From assembly GCF_000315625.1 (NCBI RefSeq), contig NW_005434671.1, positions 1 through 64,000 of the forward strand: a stretch of 64,000 nucleotides of DNA, written 5' to 3'. Positions within the stretch are counted from its first letter, which is position 1, and each line of letters starts with the position of its first letter. The notes beneath the pieces were generated by a model. That model was not told the DNA's origin. It saw nothing but the letters and a program-made list of their open reading frames with translations, and did not search any database. Below are positions 8,744 to 22,998 of this stretch, piece by piece. The translations under genes and the position numbers were made by a program. This DNA is from Guillardia theta CCMP2712 (lineage: Eukaryota > Protista > Cryptophyta).

Positions 8744-10771
8744 TCACCTCTTGGACAATGGCGACGTATGCGTAGAGCTCAATGAAAGAGTTCCGGCACT
8801 TCCAGTTGCGGTGATGTTGCTGACGTTCAGCGCCGGCATAGGAGGATGTGAAGTGAGCCGCTTGAACGATCCAGGACTGTTGGCAAGGTTGCCTCCACGA
8901 GGACCAGCGCCCTTCATATTTCGCATCTTCAGCACGTCCTTGGGAGCGTCTGCTCTGTACTCATCGGCATTCTCAAGTGCAGCGCGTAGCAGTTCATCCT
9001 CCATGCCAGTGAGCTTCTGTCTGAGGGTTTGCGAGTTGATCGGCTCATCCTCGTCGTCAAACGCATCATTCTCTCTCACACTCGGGGCTCGAGGTCGAAG
9101 ATGAACTGGAGCTCCATCCATGGTCCCAGCAGCAGTCTCTTTCTCATCATGCTCATTGTTGTCTGTACTCTCTGACAGAAAATGGTGCCGATGTGCAGAG
9201 TCCTTGTGGGTGTGCAGGTGAGGAGTGAACTTGAGAAGCTGGACTGCCCTGCTTTCAACTTTCCCGAGAAGACTGATCATGACTGTGATCGGGTCTGCAT
9301 TGTCCTCAATTCCATTTTCATGAAGCTCTTTATCCGATATGTTGACCCGTCTGCAGATGCTGCGTGATGCCAGCATCAGTTGCTCAAGCAGTGTCTGACT
9401 TCTGTCTATCTTTTCTTCGATCTCCCTTTCTTGCTCCTCCAGCTTTTCAACTTTTGCGATCGCGTCATCCCTCAACTGTTTCCAATGATCATTTTTTCCT
9501 TGAAACTGCATTTCAGTTTGAGTAGCTTCAAGGTTCAGTCCTTCGATTTCGTCCTCCAGTTTCTCAATGTCCATGTTCAAACTGTGCAGATACTGAAAAC
9601 GATGAAAATTAAGCTCTTCGTATTGAATAAATTGCGTGACAAAGTCCTCTATCTTGGCGTATCCCGTTGCAGACTGCAGCTTTTCGAAGGCTTCCTCAAA
9701 ACTTTGAGCTTGCTCCTTGAGCAGATCGGTCATCGCTTTTTCTTTTGCCAGTTGCCATTTTCCCTTGACGACTTTGCGTCTCAAGTCCTCTTCCTGTTCT
9801 GCGGTCATGCTTCCAAGTTGATACGGAGGAGATGGTTCCCCTTTGTTCAGATTGTCCTCGATGAGGTCAAAGGCTCGTATCACTTGCTTCAGCTCTCTGC
9901 ATTGCGAGAGAAACTCTCTGTGCCCCGTGTCTGCATTATGCTGAAGTTCTTCAATTTTTGAAGCATATTCAGCTCTTTCCACCAGAAATGCTTGAGATTC
10001 ACCGATGATCTCCTGTATCTGCTTCTCCACTATCGCCAGCCGAGCTTTGGTGCGCGACATGATTTGTTTGAATCTTTTCCTCTCTCTTCGCAATTCGTTG
10101 ATGTTAGATCTGGCTTTCTTGTTCTCAGTGATCTCAGAAGCGTATTTTCGTGAGACAAGCTCCAAGTTGTCATTAAGTCTTTGAACCTGCTCGTTGAATC
10201 AAAGGCTGCACACAGGCAACTGAGCAAAAATACCTGCTTGCGCATGTGCGTATCCGTCTCTGTTCTCGCGAGAAAATCTCGCTTTTCTTCGATCAGCTCA
10301 TAGCAGTCTTTGAGTTTCTTGTCGTGCTCTCCAATCTTTCGTTTCTCTACTTCTATTTTAGCAGAGAATGTCTCTGCTTCTTCAGCAAGCTTTGCCACAA
10401 GAGCGAGTGATCCTATGGAGTTCTGATCTTCATCAAAACCGGCGGTAGATAGTTCAGTAATCTTGTCCCTTAATTCTTGATTTTCTTGGCGAAACTTTGC
10501 CAGAAGCGACCTGGAAATATTTACAGTCAACATCAACTTCAACCTTCACCAAGGCAGGCGCGTACCTCTGCTCTCTAAGCAGCTTCTGTGCTGATGTAAA
10601 TGTGGACTTGGTGAATTCGTCCTGTGGTCCTTGCTCAGTCTTGACGGGCTTTGCTACAGTTTGGTGTTGTTCTGATGACTGCGCATTATTCGAGGTTCGA
10701 TTTTCATTGCGAACTATTTCTTCCCTCTCTGCAGGAGGTCCAGGAGTTTGCGAAACCGAAGCATCTGCCAT
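8744..10771 (-). CDS. Outer dynein arm docking complex subunit (ODA1/CCDC114/CCDC63 family), about 3 exons
   Basis: Long coiled coil with FEEAFEKLQSATG..IEDFVTQFIQYEELNFHRFQYLHSLNMDIEKLEDEI, typical of this family. Confidence 0.8.
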
Positions 10772-11123
10772 ACTGTCCTAGACACCGCCTCTCAAAGCGA
10801 AAACAGTCTTGTGCCTGTAAAGCGTAGTTGTCGATATATCTCACTTTATGTCTTTTCTTCTTGTCCTCCCTTCAATTTCTTTCAGTCGCCCCTGCCATGA
10901 GGAGCGTTGGAGAAGCAATGTACAATAAAATGTAGGGGTGGGTAAGTTAACATGCGGGTCCATTTATCTGAGAACCACAGAGACAGGTAGGGGTACGTTC
11001 AGGTTTCCCATCTTTATAACTGTGGTAGGGTGGTATCACGAAGGAAAGTTCAACGGCTGGAAATTTGATCCATATCCCGAAACCTGCCCTTAGTATTTCA
11101 ATGGTGCAAAGATGTTTTGAATT

Positions 11124-14100
11124 ATGAGAAAAGCAGCCCGCCTCAGAAACTGGTTATGGTTTCAGTTACTGTTCAGTTACGTATCGACGAAGGGGCATGA
11201 TGGCTGGGGAGAGTACTGGGTTGATGCAAGGGTGGCGCCATGGAGACGGAAAAGCAAAACGATATATGAGATCATTAGGGATATCATGGTTGGTTGGAAG
11301 CACACCTCCAGGACCCAAGGTGTACTCTTGCATTACCCTCGTTGTCGTGATTGCAGTCACTTTGACACAACGAAGCGGATTGAACTCGGTAGACTTGTTG
11401 TCGATACCCATCCCCATGCTTCCGTTGACAGGCAAGAAAGAATTGGCCAAGACTAAGATGCATATTCTTTACCAGGATTGGAGAGGTACTTCTCTTGAAT
11501 CTATCGATCGGTGGACTTTCAGCCACAAATGGCATGGCTCGTTAGACCTGGGCGAGATTGAGATGAAGAAGGTTGTGGCTCCTGAACTTTCGATTGTGGG
11601 CTCTGAGGAGTACGGCGACAAGAAATCACTATCTGAATTGAAAGAACATCTTATCAAACATTTCAAGGTTACGCTAGAAGGTTCTTGGGAGCAGAATCAA
11701 GCATCAGTCTTGCTCGATCAACTTCAAGCGTTATGCTCTCCAACCAGCAAGTCTGATCAGTCCGCTTTTCAAATATGTGATATTCAGCATGATACACACT
11801 GGAAATTGAGTGATAACTTGTTGAGCGACGATATATCTTTGGTAGGCTCCGATGTTTCTTTGGCAAGAAGGGCGTTGGATTTTGCAGCTCCTCGTTCAGC
11901 GAAGGTAGATGGCGATAGTGGTGTCGTTAGATCGCACAGACTTCAATTTGCCTTGATGAAGTTTGTGACTAATTGGGGGCACAAGGAAAAAGTAGTCAAC
12001 CAGATTCTTCAGCGCAAATTTGGTTCACAACTTGATGTTGACGTTGGTTACATCGACCTCACTTCTGTCACCACCTACGAAGATAGGGAGAGGTTTCAAG
12101 CATTCAAAGCTCCAGAACTATTATTCATGATGGAATCGTGGAGCTTGCTCCCTCAGCATCTGGTTGGTACTTTTCCTCTGGATATTTGCCATTGACGTTT
12201 GCACCTTAGCACAAGGTCGATGGATTGAAGTATGTTGTTCGACGACAACAGGTTTTGTTTTAAACTCAAAGCGCAAAACTGGATTGATGACTTGGTGCTT
12301 TCAGGGATTAAATCATCCATATTATGGTCCTACGACGGCAGTCTCCTGGCCGACAAATATGCAGAATTCTTATCAGGAATATATGGATTATTCGTTTAAC
12401 AATGACGGTTATACTTCTCGACATTTGTTTATTCACGAAAAGACGCATTTCTTTTGGGGTAGGTTGTGGAACGATCAAATGAAAAAGGATTGGGAGGCAG
12501 CTGGTTCCTGGAAAGAGAAAGGCAATGACTCTTGGATGACCGATCAAACAATTCCCTTTGCTTCAGACTATGGAGCAAGTAATAACCCTGACGAAGACAT
12601 TGCTGAATGCATGGCAGCATACGTGCTACACCCTATGCTGCTACAAGTAAGAGCGCCTGTCAAAGAAGAGTTTATTCGCAAACAAATCATGAGGAATACA
12701 CGATACCTGGAAAATCCTATTTTCACTTTCAAGATAGAAAATGAGGAACCTTATCGAAGATATCCACCTTCGGTGAACAACATAGATATTCGTGTGGAAG
12801 GAGATCCGAATGACGACAAGACTGTTGAGATGAAGATGCTTGTTGATGTTGGACACGGTTGGCACTCCCCGATTCATGCAGAAGTAACTGTCTCAGGACC
12901 AAATGGTGGTTCAAAAACTTTAACTCTTTATCCGGACGCGGTCGAAGAAGAAAGTGGCGGTTCAATTACAATGCGTACAACTGAAGTATTCAGCAAATAT
13001 TGTGAAAATGGCTTCTGGTCGGCCTCTCAGATAAAGGTTTTGTTTTAATTCTTTTGTCTCAAGTCTTATTGTTTTTTTTAGATGGTCGATAAAATCGGGT
13101 CCGAACGTTGGATTAAGGTGGATGAGTACTCATGGCGCCTGTACCTCAATAATGCCATGGGTACCACTTGGGCACCAAGATATTTGTCTCAAACCTTGAA
13201 ATTGACGAAAACTTTGGAGAAGGACGACGAATCAGGATCGCATTATCCAGTTGTGACAGCAACCATTAGGTTTCAACAAACCGGAGCTCCCCTCGATGAA
13301 AAGTCACCAGTGTGGATGAGGCTGGCTTCGAAGCCAAGTGCACAGGGGGGGGGGATGACTGGAAGCGAATGGGATGGGAGCGGAACAAGCTCTTATTCAT
13401 ATCCACTGTATCAAGCAGGTACTTGCGTTCAGGACCAGAACTCTTGGGATGGCGTATGCACTGTCTCGTGGAAGCTGTCTCCATATTCTGCAGCTGGTCA
13501 ATATTATGTATAGCAATTGAATCTTGTTTGCTCCTGAAAATTCGCTGACCCTGAGTGCCAGGTCTCCATGATTCAGCTGAGAGATGTTGCTAGTAATACA
13601 AGAAATCAGTTTTTCACGCAGCAGAAGCCTGGATGGACCTGCTGTGGGAGAGTAGGAAATACCCCAAACGACGAATTTCCTGTTCTCATGGAATTGCAAC
13701 AATGCGCACAAGGAACTGAATTGTCTGTTGACAATATCTGTGTTGTTCAGGATCTGAGTCCACCAAGTTTAGCTCCTGAGAGCATCAAAATTCAAGTAGA
13801 ACCAGCTGAAAGTTCACATCATAACGGAGCTTCTGTTGTGAAAATCCAATTCAAGGCAAAAGATGATAAATCTGGAGTTGGCACTGTCGCATACCGGCTA
13901 ATGGATCCTCAGGGTTTCTCACACCAGGTGATGTTGGTTGTTTGATATTCATAAATCTTTTTGCTAAGCCTATGTAAACCAGGGCTACATGACGCATGAG
14001 AATGAGTACGGACCTGTTTTCCATGGAGACCCAACCGCTTGGAAGGAGTACACCCTGACAGTAGAGCTTGCAAAGGGAAGCCCTCCTGGGAAGTGGCAGC

Positions 14101-14186
14101 TCGAGAGTTTAGACATCCATGACAAGGCGGGGAATCGAAAGCATCATCAATTCATTGAACTGCTTCAGTTTGAGGCCTCGCATTGA
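11124..14186 (+). CDS. Secreted zincin-like metallopeptidase with C-terminal Ig-like beta domains, multi-exon
   Basis: N-terminal signal-like peptide; FIHEKTHFFW (HEXXH); SDYGASNNPDEDIAE; AKDDKSGV...WQLESLDIHDKAGN. Confidence 0.65.
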
Positions 14187-14430
14187 AGTCTCGTCGCAGA
14201 ATTTCCCAGTGTAGATTGTTATTTTGACCATTGTACTGTATTTGATTGAACATTGTCACGAGATCACGTCATGATTGAACTCTTCACGGCCACTCGACTT
14301 CTTGGGCCTCAAGTGCTCGGACCGTATGAAGTTATCAACGCCGCTGAGGGCCGCCTCAGTCACTGAGTTATCCTGACGGTTTGCCTTGTTTTTAGAGCCG
14401 CCTCAGGATAGCCTGCACAGTTTGTGGGGG

Positions 14431-17400
14431 ATGAGGGGTCACCAAGTCAAGGGTCTGGTCGGTCCCACTCAGCGAAATGCTTTGGTGCTACAGTTTGCAG
14501 CAGCAAGGCAAATTGCGGAGCGTTTAGACGTGGACAATCAATACAATGAAAGAAAAATCAAAAAGATATGCAAGTCGTGTTTCCCCTGAGCTTGATCAAG
14601 ACCGAGGAGGCCTGGAAGATGTGTTTGAAGTGCGATGATTCATGTATTGCTTGCCAACTGTTCTAACTTCATTTGCAGGACGATCATGAACATGCACCAA
14701 GTGATCAAACGGATGAAGATGACGATCATGTTGCAAAGGCAAGTTTATAAGATTTGTCTCAGCCCTTCTTCTTCTTCCCGTTTGCTTCTGGCTTGTTGGC
14801 CATGTACATTTTTCAAACTACCTGATGTAATTTTCGCATTTTAGGAGTTCGCATTCGACAGCAATCCACCTAGCACACGGTCAACCATGTACTCAGATGA
14901 CGGATACGAAGAAGCCGGAGGTCAAATGTATAAACAAAGGCATTTCAAGAAAGCCGGTTGCTGTGAGGTGTCTGAAGAGCCGTTGCCAGTCCGAAATGTC
15001 TGCGGTTGTGATACTAGAAATTCATTCCGCATGTTTTGCCTCGTCGTGGCAGTCAATCCCTGGGTAAATCGCATCTGGTTTTGGACGTCTATAATTCACA
15101 GTACGTTCCTCATTGCGGAATTCCAGACTGCTGTCTTCGACTGCACGGTTGATAATAGTCTGGATTGCATAGGGTACATTCCAAATTGGATCAATTTGAT
15201 TTTTGTGGCCATCTATCTCATAGAACTTTTGATCAAAAGTGTTGCATTTGGTTTCTTTGGGGGCAAATTTGCGTATTACACGTACGATTTCTACAACAAA
15301 ATTGATCTTTGGATAACAATATTTTGCGTTCTTGAAATCATATTGTCCTACGTTGATGTTTTTGTCTCATTTCGATCATTTCGATTGCTGCGCTTGATCA
15401 AATCATTGTCCAAGTTTTCAGTCTTGAACGAGATCAAATATTTTTTTCAATCTATAGTATCATCTATGATTCCTTTGTCAATGGTCATGATTCTCATTCT
15501 ATTCATGTTTGTTTTATTCGGCGTTGCTGGCATGTCTTTTTATCAGTACACGTATCGTCGAAGATGTGTAATGTATTTTGATCCATATATCCGAGCAGTA
15601 ACTTGCTTTCAAGGTATGGAGTGACACGCTGGAGATCAAGCAACCTGAGCAATGGTGCAAACGTTATGCAGACAAGTTGTCGCTCGATGGGTCGGTGTTG
15701 GGCCTTGAGAATACATGTGGTCCCCTGCAAAGCTGTTTAGATATCGGAAACCCAAATTATGGGTTCTCAAGCTTCGACAACATGGCAGGTTGATGGTTTT
15801 CCTTACTCATTCGCTGAACTAACCAGTGATTTGCATCAAAGCTGCATTGATTTCTCTGTTTCAAGCATTCTCAACGGACGGTCAATACCAAATTATGTGG
15901 GCTGCCTTACAAGGCGAACCCGATTTTGAATTCCTGACATTTATATACTTCATAATATTTGCATTTGCTGTGGGTCAAGTTCTCATCAACGTTTTCCTAG
16001 CAGTGTTTGCAAATGTTTTTTCAAAGGTCAGAGAAAAGGAACCAGAAACAGAGAAAGCTGGAGGCTTGGAAAATCAAAGTGAGAGTTTTAGTACTGTTGA
16101 AGAGAACACAAGTAAGGAATCAGATAAAAACAATGGTAACGGTCAAAGTCACTTGCCAAAACTTGAAACAGCAGAAATGGGAAAGGACTCAGAATCAAAA
16201 TACAAGAAAAAAACTGATGAAGCTTCCAAAATTTATCAAAGAATTATGAAAGCTTATGTTGCATTCCAAGAACAAACAAAACGTAAAATTCAGACTAGCG
16301 TAATGATGTCTATGGTCTTCAGAAGCGTATACTACGATACCTTGTTGTTTTTGGCAATTATGACAAACTCGCTCGCACTTGCGATGGAAGGAAGTCTTAC
16401 GGGCCCTAACGTTGACTCAATTTTGTTGACGATCGAAAATTTCTTATCTCTGTTTTTCTTTTGCAACGTTTTCTTGCAGATCATATGTGATGGCTCACTG
16501 CACAAACATTTTGAAAATGGAGAGAATGTTTTTGAATTCATAGTAACTTTGCTAACCACAACGGCCCTAATCGCTGAATTCCTTGGAGCAGGCAACAATG
16601 CTACATCGGTTTTGAGGGGTGCTGGTATCTTAAGATTGATGAGGGGTTTGAAGTTTTCCTTTCTGCGACCAATCTGGCTGATGCTTATAAAAGCTGTGAG
16701 TGCAGGAGTTTCAGTAATCAATCTGATACTTTTCATTTCAATCTTGACTGCAATTTTTTCCTTGACTGGACGAAGTTTGTTTGTTAATAGAATATCGAAT
16801 GCACAAGCAAATTTTGATGATTTTGGAAGGTCTTGCATGACTCTCTTTCAGGTCATGACAGGAGATAGTTGGTCTGGACTAATGTACCAAGGAATGGACT
16901 CTTTCTGCTCCGCCAACGAAGGGACATGTTCGGACCTTTCGTGCAGCACTTGCCCATATGGGTATGTTCTTGTTGCAGCACTATTTTACGTTTTCTTCTT
17001 TTGGATCGGCCAATTTGTATTCATTACTATGTTTTTAGCGCTCGTGTTGGAAAAGTTCTCGGTGGAAGAATTCATGACCTCAAGCGTGTCTAAAACAGAA
17101 GATGTTTACTTGGATTTTGACGCTGCAATTGAAGAAGTTGCAAAATATCAAAAATTAGCGCCTGCTTTAGTTGCACGACCCTTGATTGAGCAAGCCTTTA
17201 TTGAGGTAGCCGACAAATCAACAAATACAATCGAGAAATCCAAACTTCTTTCTTTTGTGAAAATGAAGCAGCCAATGCTTATGTGGAGATTTCTGAAAGT
17301 CTCGAGATTGTATGATCTTTATCAGGGCGTCAAAAAATGTTTGGCTTGCTTCCGTTCGAGCAAATCAAGTAAGTTACCATCAAGTTTGAAAATAGCACCT

Positions 17401-20400
17401 TCCGAATCTTTGAAAATGATAGATCGAGGCTCGATAGAGAAAAAAGTTGCGAAAGATATGAGAGAGGACATTAAACTCTACATGTCGAAATTGGCAGCTT
17501 TTGGAATATTGGGCGAGGTGACCATCCATGCTATCAAGCTTGGAATTGCAAATCAAGTCAACTTTCGTGATTTGAAACTGACTCCGGTTGATGCAGCTCT
17601 CAAGATATTGCGCAACCCAGATATCGCTTGGAGGCTTGGAATTCCGAATTTGTTTGAAAACCGAATCGAACAGGAGGTGGCCAATGCTAGACTCAAATCT
17701 GAAGCTCCAATTGATGAAAGCAATCAATTTGCAACGGAAGAACGAGACTCGTTTCGCTCTAAAATGAACCGGTTGTTGGTCAGACTTGCTGACAGTAAGA
17801 CGTTTGACAACATCGTTTTGATAGCAATAACCATGAGCACGGTCTTTTTGACCTTTGAAACTCCATCTCGATTGATTCCTGGACCCGTATCATACGAGTT
17901 GCTGGATTTAATGAATATCTTATTTACAATCATTTTCACAGTCGAGGCTGTTGCAAAAATAGGTGCCAATGGATTGCTTTTACCAAACAGTGTTGAGCAC
18001 ACAGCTTATTGGCAGTCCATTCCGAACAGAATGGACTTTATTGTCCTTGCTTTCAATCTTGCAGAGCTGTTTGGAATAGGCGCTTTGGTTGGAACAAGAA
18101 CATCGAAACTCATCAGAATCTCAAAAGCATTAAGACCATTGAGGTTGATGAGTCGATTTGAAGGCACTAGAGCAATTGTCAAGGCTCTAGTTGGGTCAGT
18201 AAAGCCAATTTCATACGCTGTCCTTTTCTTGTTCATCAATTGTTCGGTGAGCATATCTCTTTCCTTTGCGTTGATTGCTTACTCATAGCTTTCAGATTTT
18301 TGCGGTGACTGGAATGGCGCTATTCAGAGACAAGTTCTATTCGTGCAATGACGGGTCTCTCGACGGTCTGCTCGGCGAAGGCCGGACTCAATGTGCTGGG
18401 CAATTCTTGAACGAAGACGTTTATTCTCCCAGGTCATGGTCCAACCCTCCGGCTGGCACTCATTTCGATACCTTTCCGGACGGAGTGCTGGCCCTCTTTC
18501 GAGTCATCACCTTAAAGTGGAACGCAATCTGGATCACTGGACAGGATGCCTATGAAGTGAATTTGCAGCCTGTGCAAAACTACAACTCGTTTGTTGCAAC
18601 TGTCTTCTTTGCATTATTTATTTTTGTGGGATCCTTTTTCTCACTGAATCTGTTTGTTTCATTTATTTGTGACGGGTTCTATGCCTCTCAGGGAGTGGAT
18701 ACATCGGAAGAAATCCAATGGGCATCAATTCGAGATATGATCAAAAGGCATCTGCCAGCACGCGAAAGAGTTTATCCCGACAACTTGACAGCTCGATATG
18801 CCAGAGGTGTTGTCCTGAGCTATCAGTTTCGCTATTTTTCAGCTGGTTGTCTTTTGGTCAATATCATGTGCATGTCATCGTCTCATGTAAATCCAAGCAG
18901 CTCTTTCAGCCTGTTTCTCTCAGTGCAGAACGACGTCTTTTTTGGGATCATGTGTCTTGAATTCGTGCTCGATCTTCTCGGATTCGGTCCAGAAATAGCA
19001 TTTACGCAAGGGAGTGGATTTGATTTTTTTCTGATTGTCGCTACAATTTTTGTAATGACATTTGAAAGCAGCTTTCGATCTGCTGGTCAGGTTGTAAGAT
19101 TATTGAGATTATTTCGGTTTTTGATGACGTTGTCATCGCACAGTCTTGTGGCAAGCATTTTCGAAACCGTGGTTCTCAGTACGGTACAGACCGCAAACAT
19201 CATGGTTGTGCTCCTTGTCAGTATGATCGTTTTTGCCGTTCTCTTCGTTCAGCTGTTTGGCACCACTAAATATGGATCAAGACTTGGGCCACAAGCGAAT
19301 TATTTCACATTTTATTCTGCAATGCTGACACTATTTCAAATAATTTTTGGAGACGAATGGCATCAGTTGATGGACGATTGTTCTATCAATTTTCCCTCTT
19401 GCACTCCTACTGTATACGACAGAAATGGAAATGAGTTGAGGATTGGAGATTGTGGCACACGGGTCGGATCGTTGCTGGGGTACCATTTCTACATGATCAT
19501 TGTTCATTACACGATCCTGAACCTCTTCATCGGGATGATTATGAATAATTTTGCGTACATTACAACAAAAGACTCACAAGGAGTCATCAAGGAGGCAGAA
19601 GTTAAAACGATTTCCCGCATATGGGTGCAAATCTTGGATCCAAAAGCTAGTGGATGTGTAAAGCTGCATCAGGTTTACAAGTTTTTATCAGCTATTGGTT
19701 CGCCCCTAGGTTTCTATGACTCAGGCAATAATCTTCACAGGTACCTTTGCATTAGAGAAGATTTGAGTCGTCAGCTGAAAATTCTTGAGGAAAATCGAGA
19801 TCATGGCAACAAAGGTTTCTTATTTTTCCTCAAGGACCTTGAAAGCAAGCTCTACCAAGAAGCGAACAATCAATGGAAAACAGTGCAGAATCAAGCTGAA
19901 GAGTATAGGAAACAACTTGAGTCATACTATTCAGGAAATAAATCATTCAAATCAGATCTAGTTGGAAAGGACGCACAACACGAAGGAACTGATTCTGATG
20001 CCAGCGCTGAAAATGATGATTCTCCCTCGGATACAGAGAACCAAGTGCACGTGTCCGGCGGCAACATGGGATCTAAAAGGGATAGAGGACGAGTGCGGGT
20101 CAAGAAGATCAAACGTATAGACTCCAGTAAAGCGCTTGACAAGATAATTACGGACTTGCAGACGAAAAGCAAGAGAGAGCTCAAACGACTTGAGAGAGAG
20201 GTATACTTTGACCTGTTACTGTTTGTTTTTGTAACCAGCATATCCAGGCAAAAGAGAAAGAGATGTTTGCATTGCAAGCTTCACAATTTTCAAAGCCAAC
20301 TGTGACTAGCTACATGCGAATGATCTCATTTCTCAGGTGGCTCAGTGAGCTCTTTGTATCTCGACAAAAGATTCTTGAGACTCATCGAAGCTATGAAGTT

Positions 20401-21297
20401 CTTCTTTACACAGAAGTACTCGAAACTTGTTTGGTGTGGATGAAAAAGTCAATTCTGCCTTCAAGAATAGCTCACAACAAGAACGATTACTTGGATAGCA
20501 TTCGCTCAACAGCTTCCACGCAATTAGCAACAGCAGTCATCAAGGGAGGAATTCAACGGCGAAGATTCCGAGCTATCAAGAAGATGACTAACGCGTTGTT
20601 TACATCGACGCACTTCCTCAAGAAGAACAGACGAAATTTGTTGAAGCAAACTCGCAGTTCCTCTTTCAAAATAAGATCGTTTGGTTTGGATTCCAAGAGA
20701 GCAGAGGAAATCTTGTTGAGTAACCACTCTGACGCGCTTGTGAAATTTGCAAAACTGGTCAAATATCGGTTTATCACAGAATCTGAAATATTGGAAATCG
20801 CCGAGGAAGGAGGAGTTGTTGTGCAAGAAGAAGACATCATGGATGTAGATGAATTCATGCTCAACCAAATATTGTCTCTGCAAGAGATTTCGATTCTCAT
20901 ACCTCACATCGACTTGAGGGAAAAGCTTGACGACCTTATAGAGAAGGGATATGAGAATTCCCTTTGGAAACTTGCAAGAAGCATGGGTTTTATCGCAGGA
21001 AATTCTGCAAGGTTGTCCTCGTTGTCTCATGCTCAAGTGAGTGAGCTTTTGCATAAGTTCGAAGAGGATTCCAGCGAGAAAAACAACATAGCTGAATCAC
21101 AAGCTCGCATGAAGCAGTACAAGTTACAAATGGCTCAGTATCGCGAGATCAAAGGCTCTTTGAGCGACATTACACGAGGAAATCAGGAAATAACAAGAGT
21201 GATCCTTGAAACTCGCAAAAAATGTGATGAGTTGCAAAAGGAAAGGTCTAAGCTTATGAAGACTGATAGAACTTATGCCGCAGACGACTCGTCTTGA
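14431..21297 (+). CDS. Four-domain voltage-gated cation channel alpha subunit (Cav/Nav/NALCN superfamily)
   Basis: Four 6-TM repeats with S4 arginines (FRSFRLLRLIK, LRGAGILRLMR, IRISKALRPLRLMSR, VRLLRLFR). Pore loops STDGQ, TGDSW, TLKW, FGDEW. IQ-like C-tail. Start codon uncertain. Confidence 0.9.
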
Positions 21298-21350
21298 GAG
21301 CATTTCACTGAATTTTATTTCTCGTGTCCTGCTTTGTTGGGGCGCCAAGC

Positions 21351-22685
21351 TTAAAGATCGAGATCTCTAGGAAAGAAGAGATCTCCCAGCATGCTGAGAT
21401 ACTGTAATGCAAGAAAGACAGAGAAGCAATAATGGAGAAGATAAAAACAGCCTTTCTGGTCTCCAACCCTATTAGAAGCATACCTGCGCAGAATCGTCAT
21501 CAAGACTGCGCTCAGGAAACGAACAGACTCACATGATAGCAACATGGTTGGCATTACGAACAGAAAATACTTGGATGACAACTCGACATGCGACATATGA
21601 GCAACGATGATGGAGATGACCTGCAAGACACAGTCACTTCCAAACCAAAACTCCACGATCAATACATAAGAAGATGTTTGAAATCCGATGCCAAGAAGGA
21701 AGAGAACTTCCATGCTCGGAGTAAGCTCGTCAGCAATCATGGCAAAGCTTACTGTACAGTATTCAGATCCACAGATGGAGAAAAACTACATTCTACCGCA
21801 TGAGGACAAGCAGGTAATAAACAGACCACCCCACAGTTGCCATGGCTTTGTGGTGGCATGTTGCACCCCAGATTTGTTGTAGCATTCATGGATGTTCGAT
21901 ACGATCGCATTGAATGAAAAAATGAAAATGCCCAACGTGGGAATATCTGCAATTTTGATTGAGAATGCTAATTCTCTTGTGAACAGATCTGGGTCCACAA
22001 ATGCGCACAAAAGATTTGTTATGATTCCTCCCCATTGAATTTCCGTCTGCATAAAAGTCATTTAGGAGTGGTTGAATTTCACTTGGTACCACATCAAACA
22101 ACCCGAATTGAAGGTACCCAAGGTAATAAGTCTGCAGCATGCTGGTCAAAGACTTGTTCGCATGCCAGGCTTTACCTGGATGTGAGCCCCAGCAAAAGAC
22201 GCCATCGCTGATAGAAAGGTGACAAAGCCATACCAGCCTGTGCCCAGCTGAAGTACATAAATGCTCGAGAGTGCGGCAAAGATGGTAGATATCGCATCAC
22301 ACCCATGGTCGAAAAGCTCTCCGAAACTTGATTGCGAGCCTGTTCTTCGAGCCTGCTTGCCGTCTAAAGCATCGCAGGTCTGATAAATAAAAATCCCGAT
22401 TGCGTTCAATAAATAGACCCACTGAGGGGCAGGAGACGACAGATCTTGACAGCTGATGATGGTGATAATAGCTGGTACCACCATGAAGAATAGTCCTCCT
22501 AGGGTCAGTGAGTTGGGTGCTGACCAATGGACAGACAAGCTCGGATCCTGACTGGAGGGCAAACATTCCACTAGCCATGACCAGAACTTAGACATGACGT
22601 GCTTGTCGAGGATTGAGCTGCCTCTCGAAGCATATTTGTGATCAAATGCTAGTGAATACAACTCCTCTTCGCTGAGGTATTTCAT
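21351..22685 (-). CDS. Choline/ethanolamine phosphotransferase (CDP-alcohol phosphatidyltransferase)
   Basis: HKY..G.SILD; APNSLTLGG; DALDGKQARRTGSQSSFGELFDHGCD signature. Confidence 0.92.
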
Positions 22686-22998
22686 GACTTCAGATCTGCG
22701 GAAAATTCAAACATGGGAAGCAACAAGATAATCTATCATTGGTTTCTTGTTTCTGTTCATCTAGATTCTATTCCCCTTCTCGTCTCTCATCCTTCCATCG
22801 GCCTCTCTGTCTCCCTGCCCCTCTTTCGCTCCTGCAGCCCTTCCCCTCCTCCCCAAACACGCCAGTACAGACGTCGCCCTTGCATGTGCAAGGATTTTCA
22901 CTTGTCGAAAATCTAAAATTATCTTATGTTCGCAGGAATCAAAACAGTGGTGTTCATGTAACGGTTATCATAACGGCTATTGCCACATCAGGCGGCCG

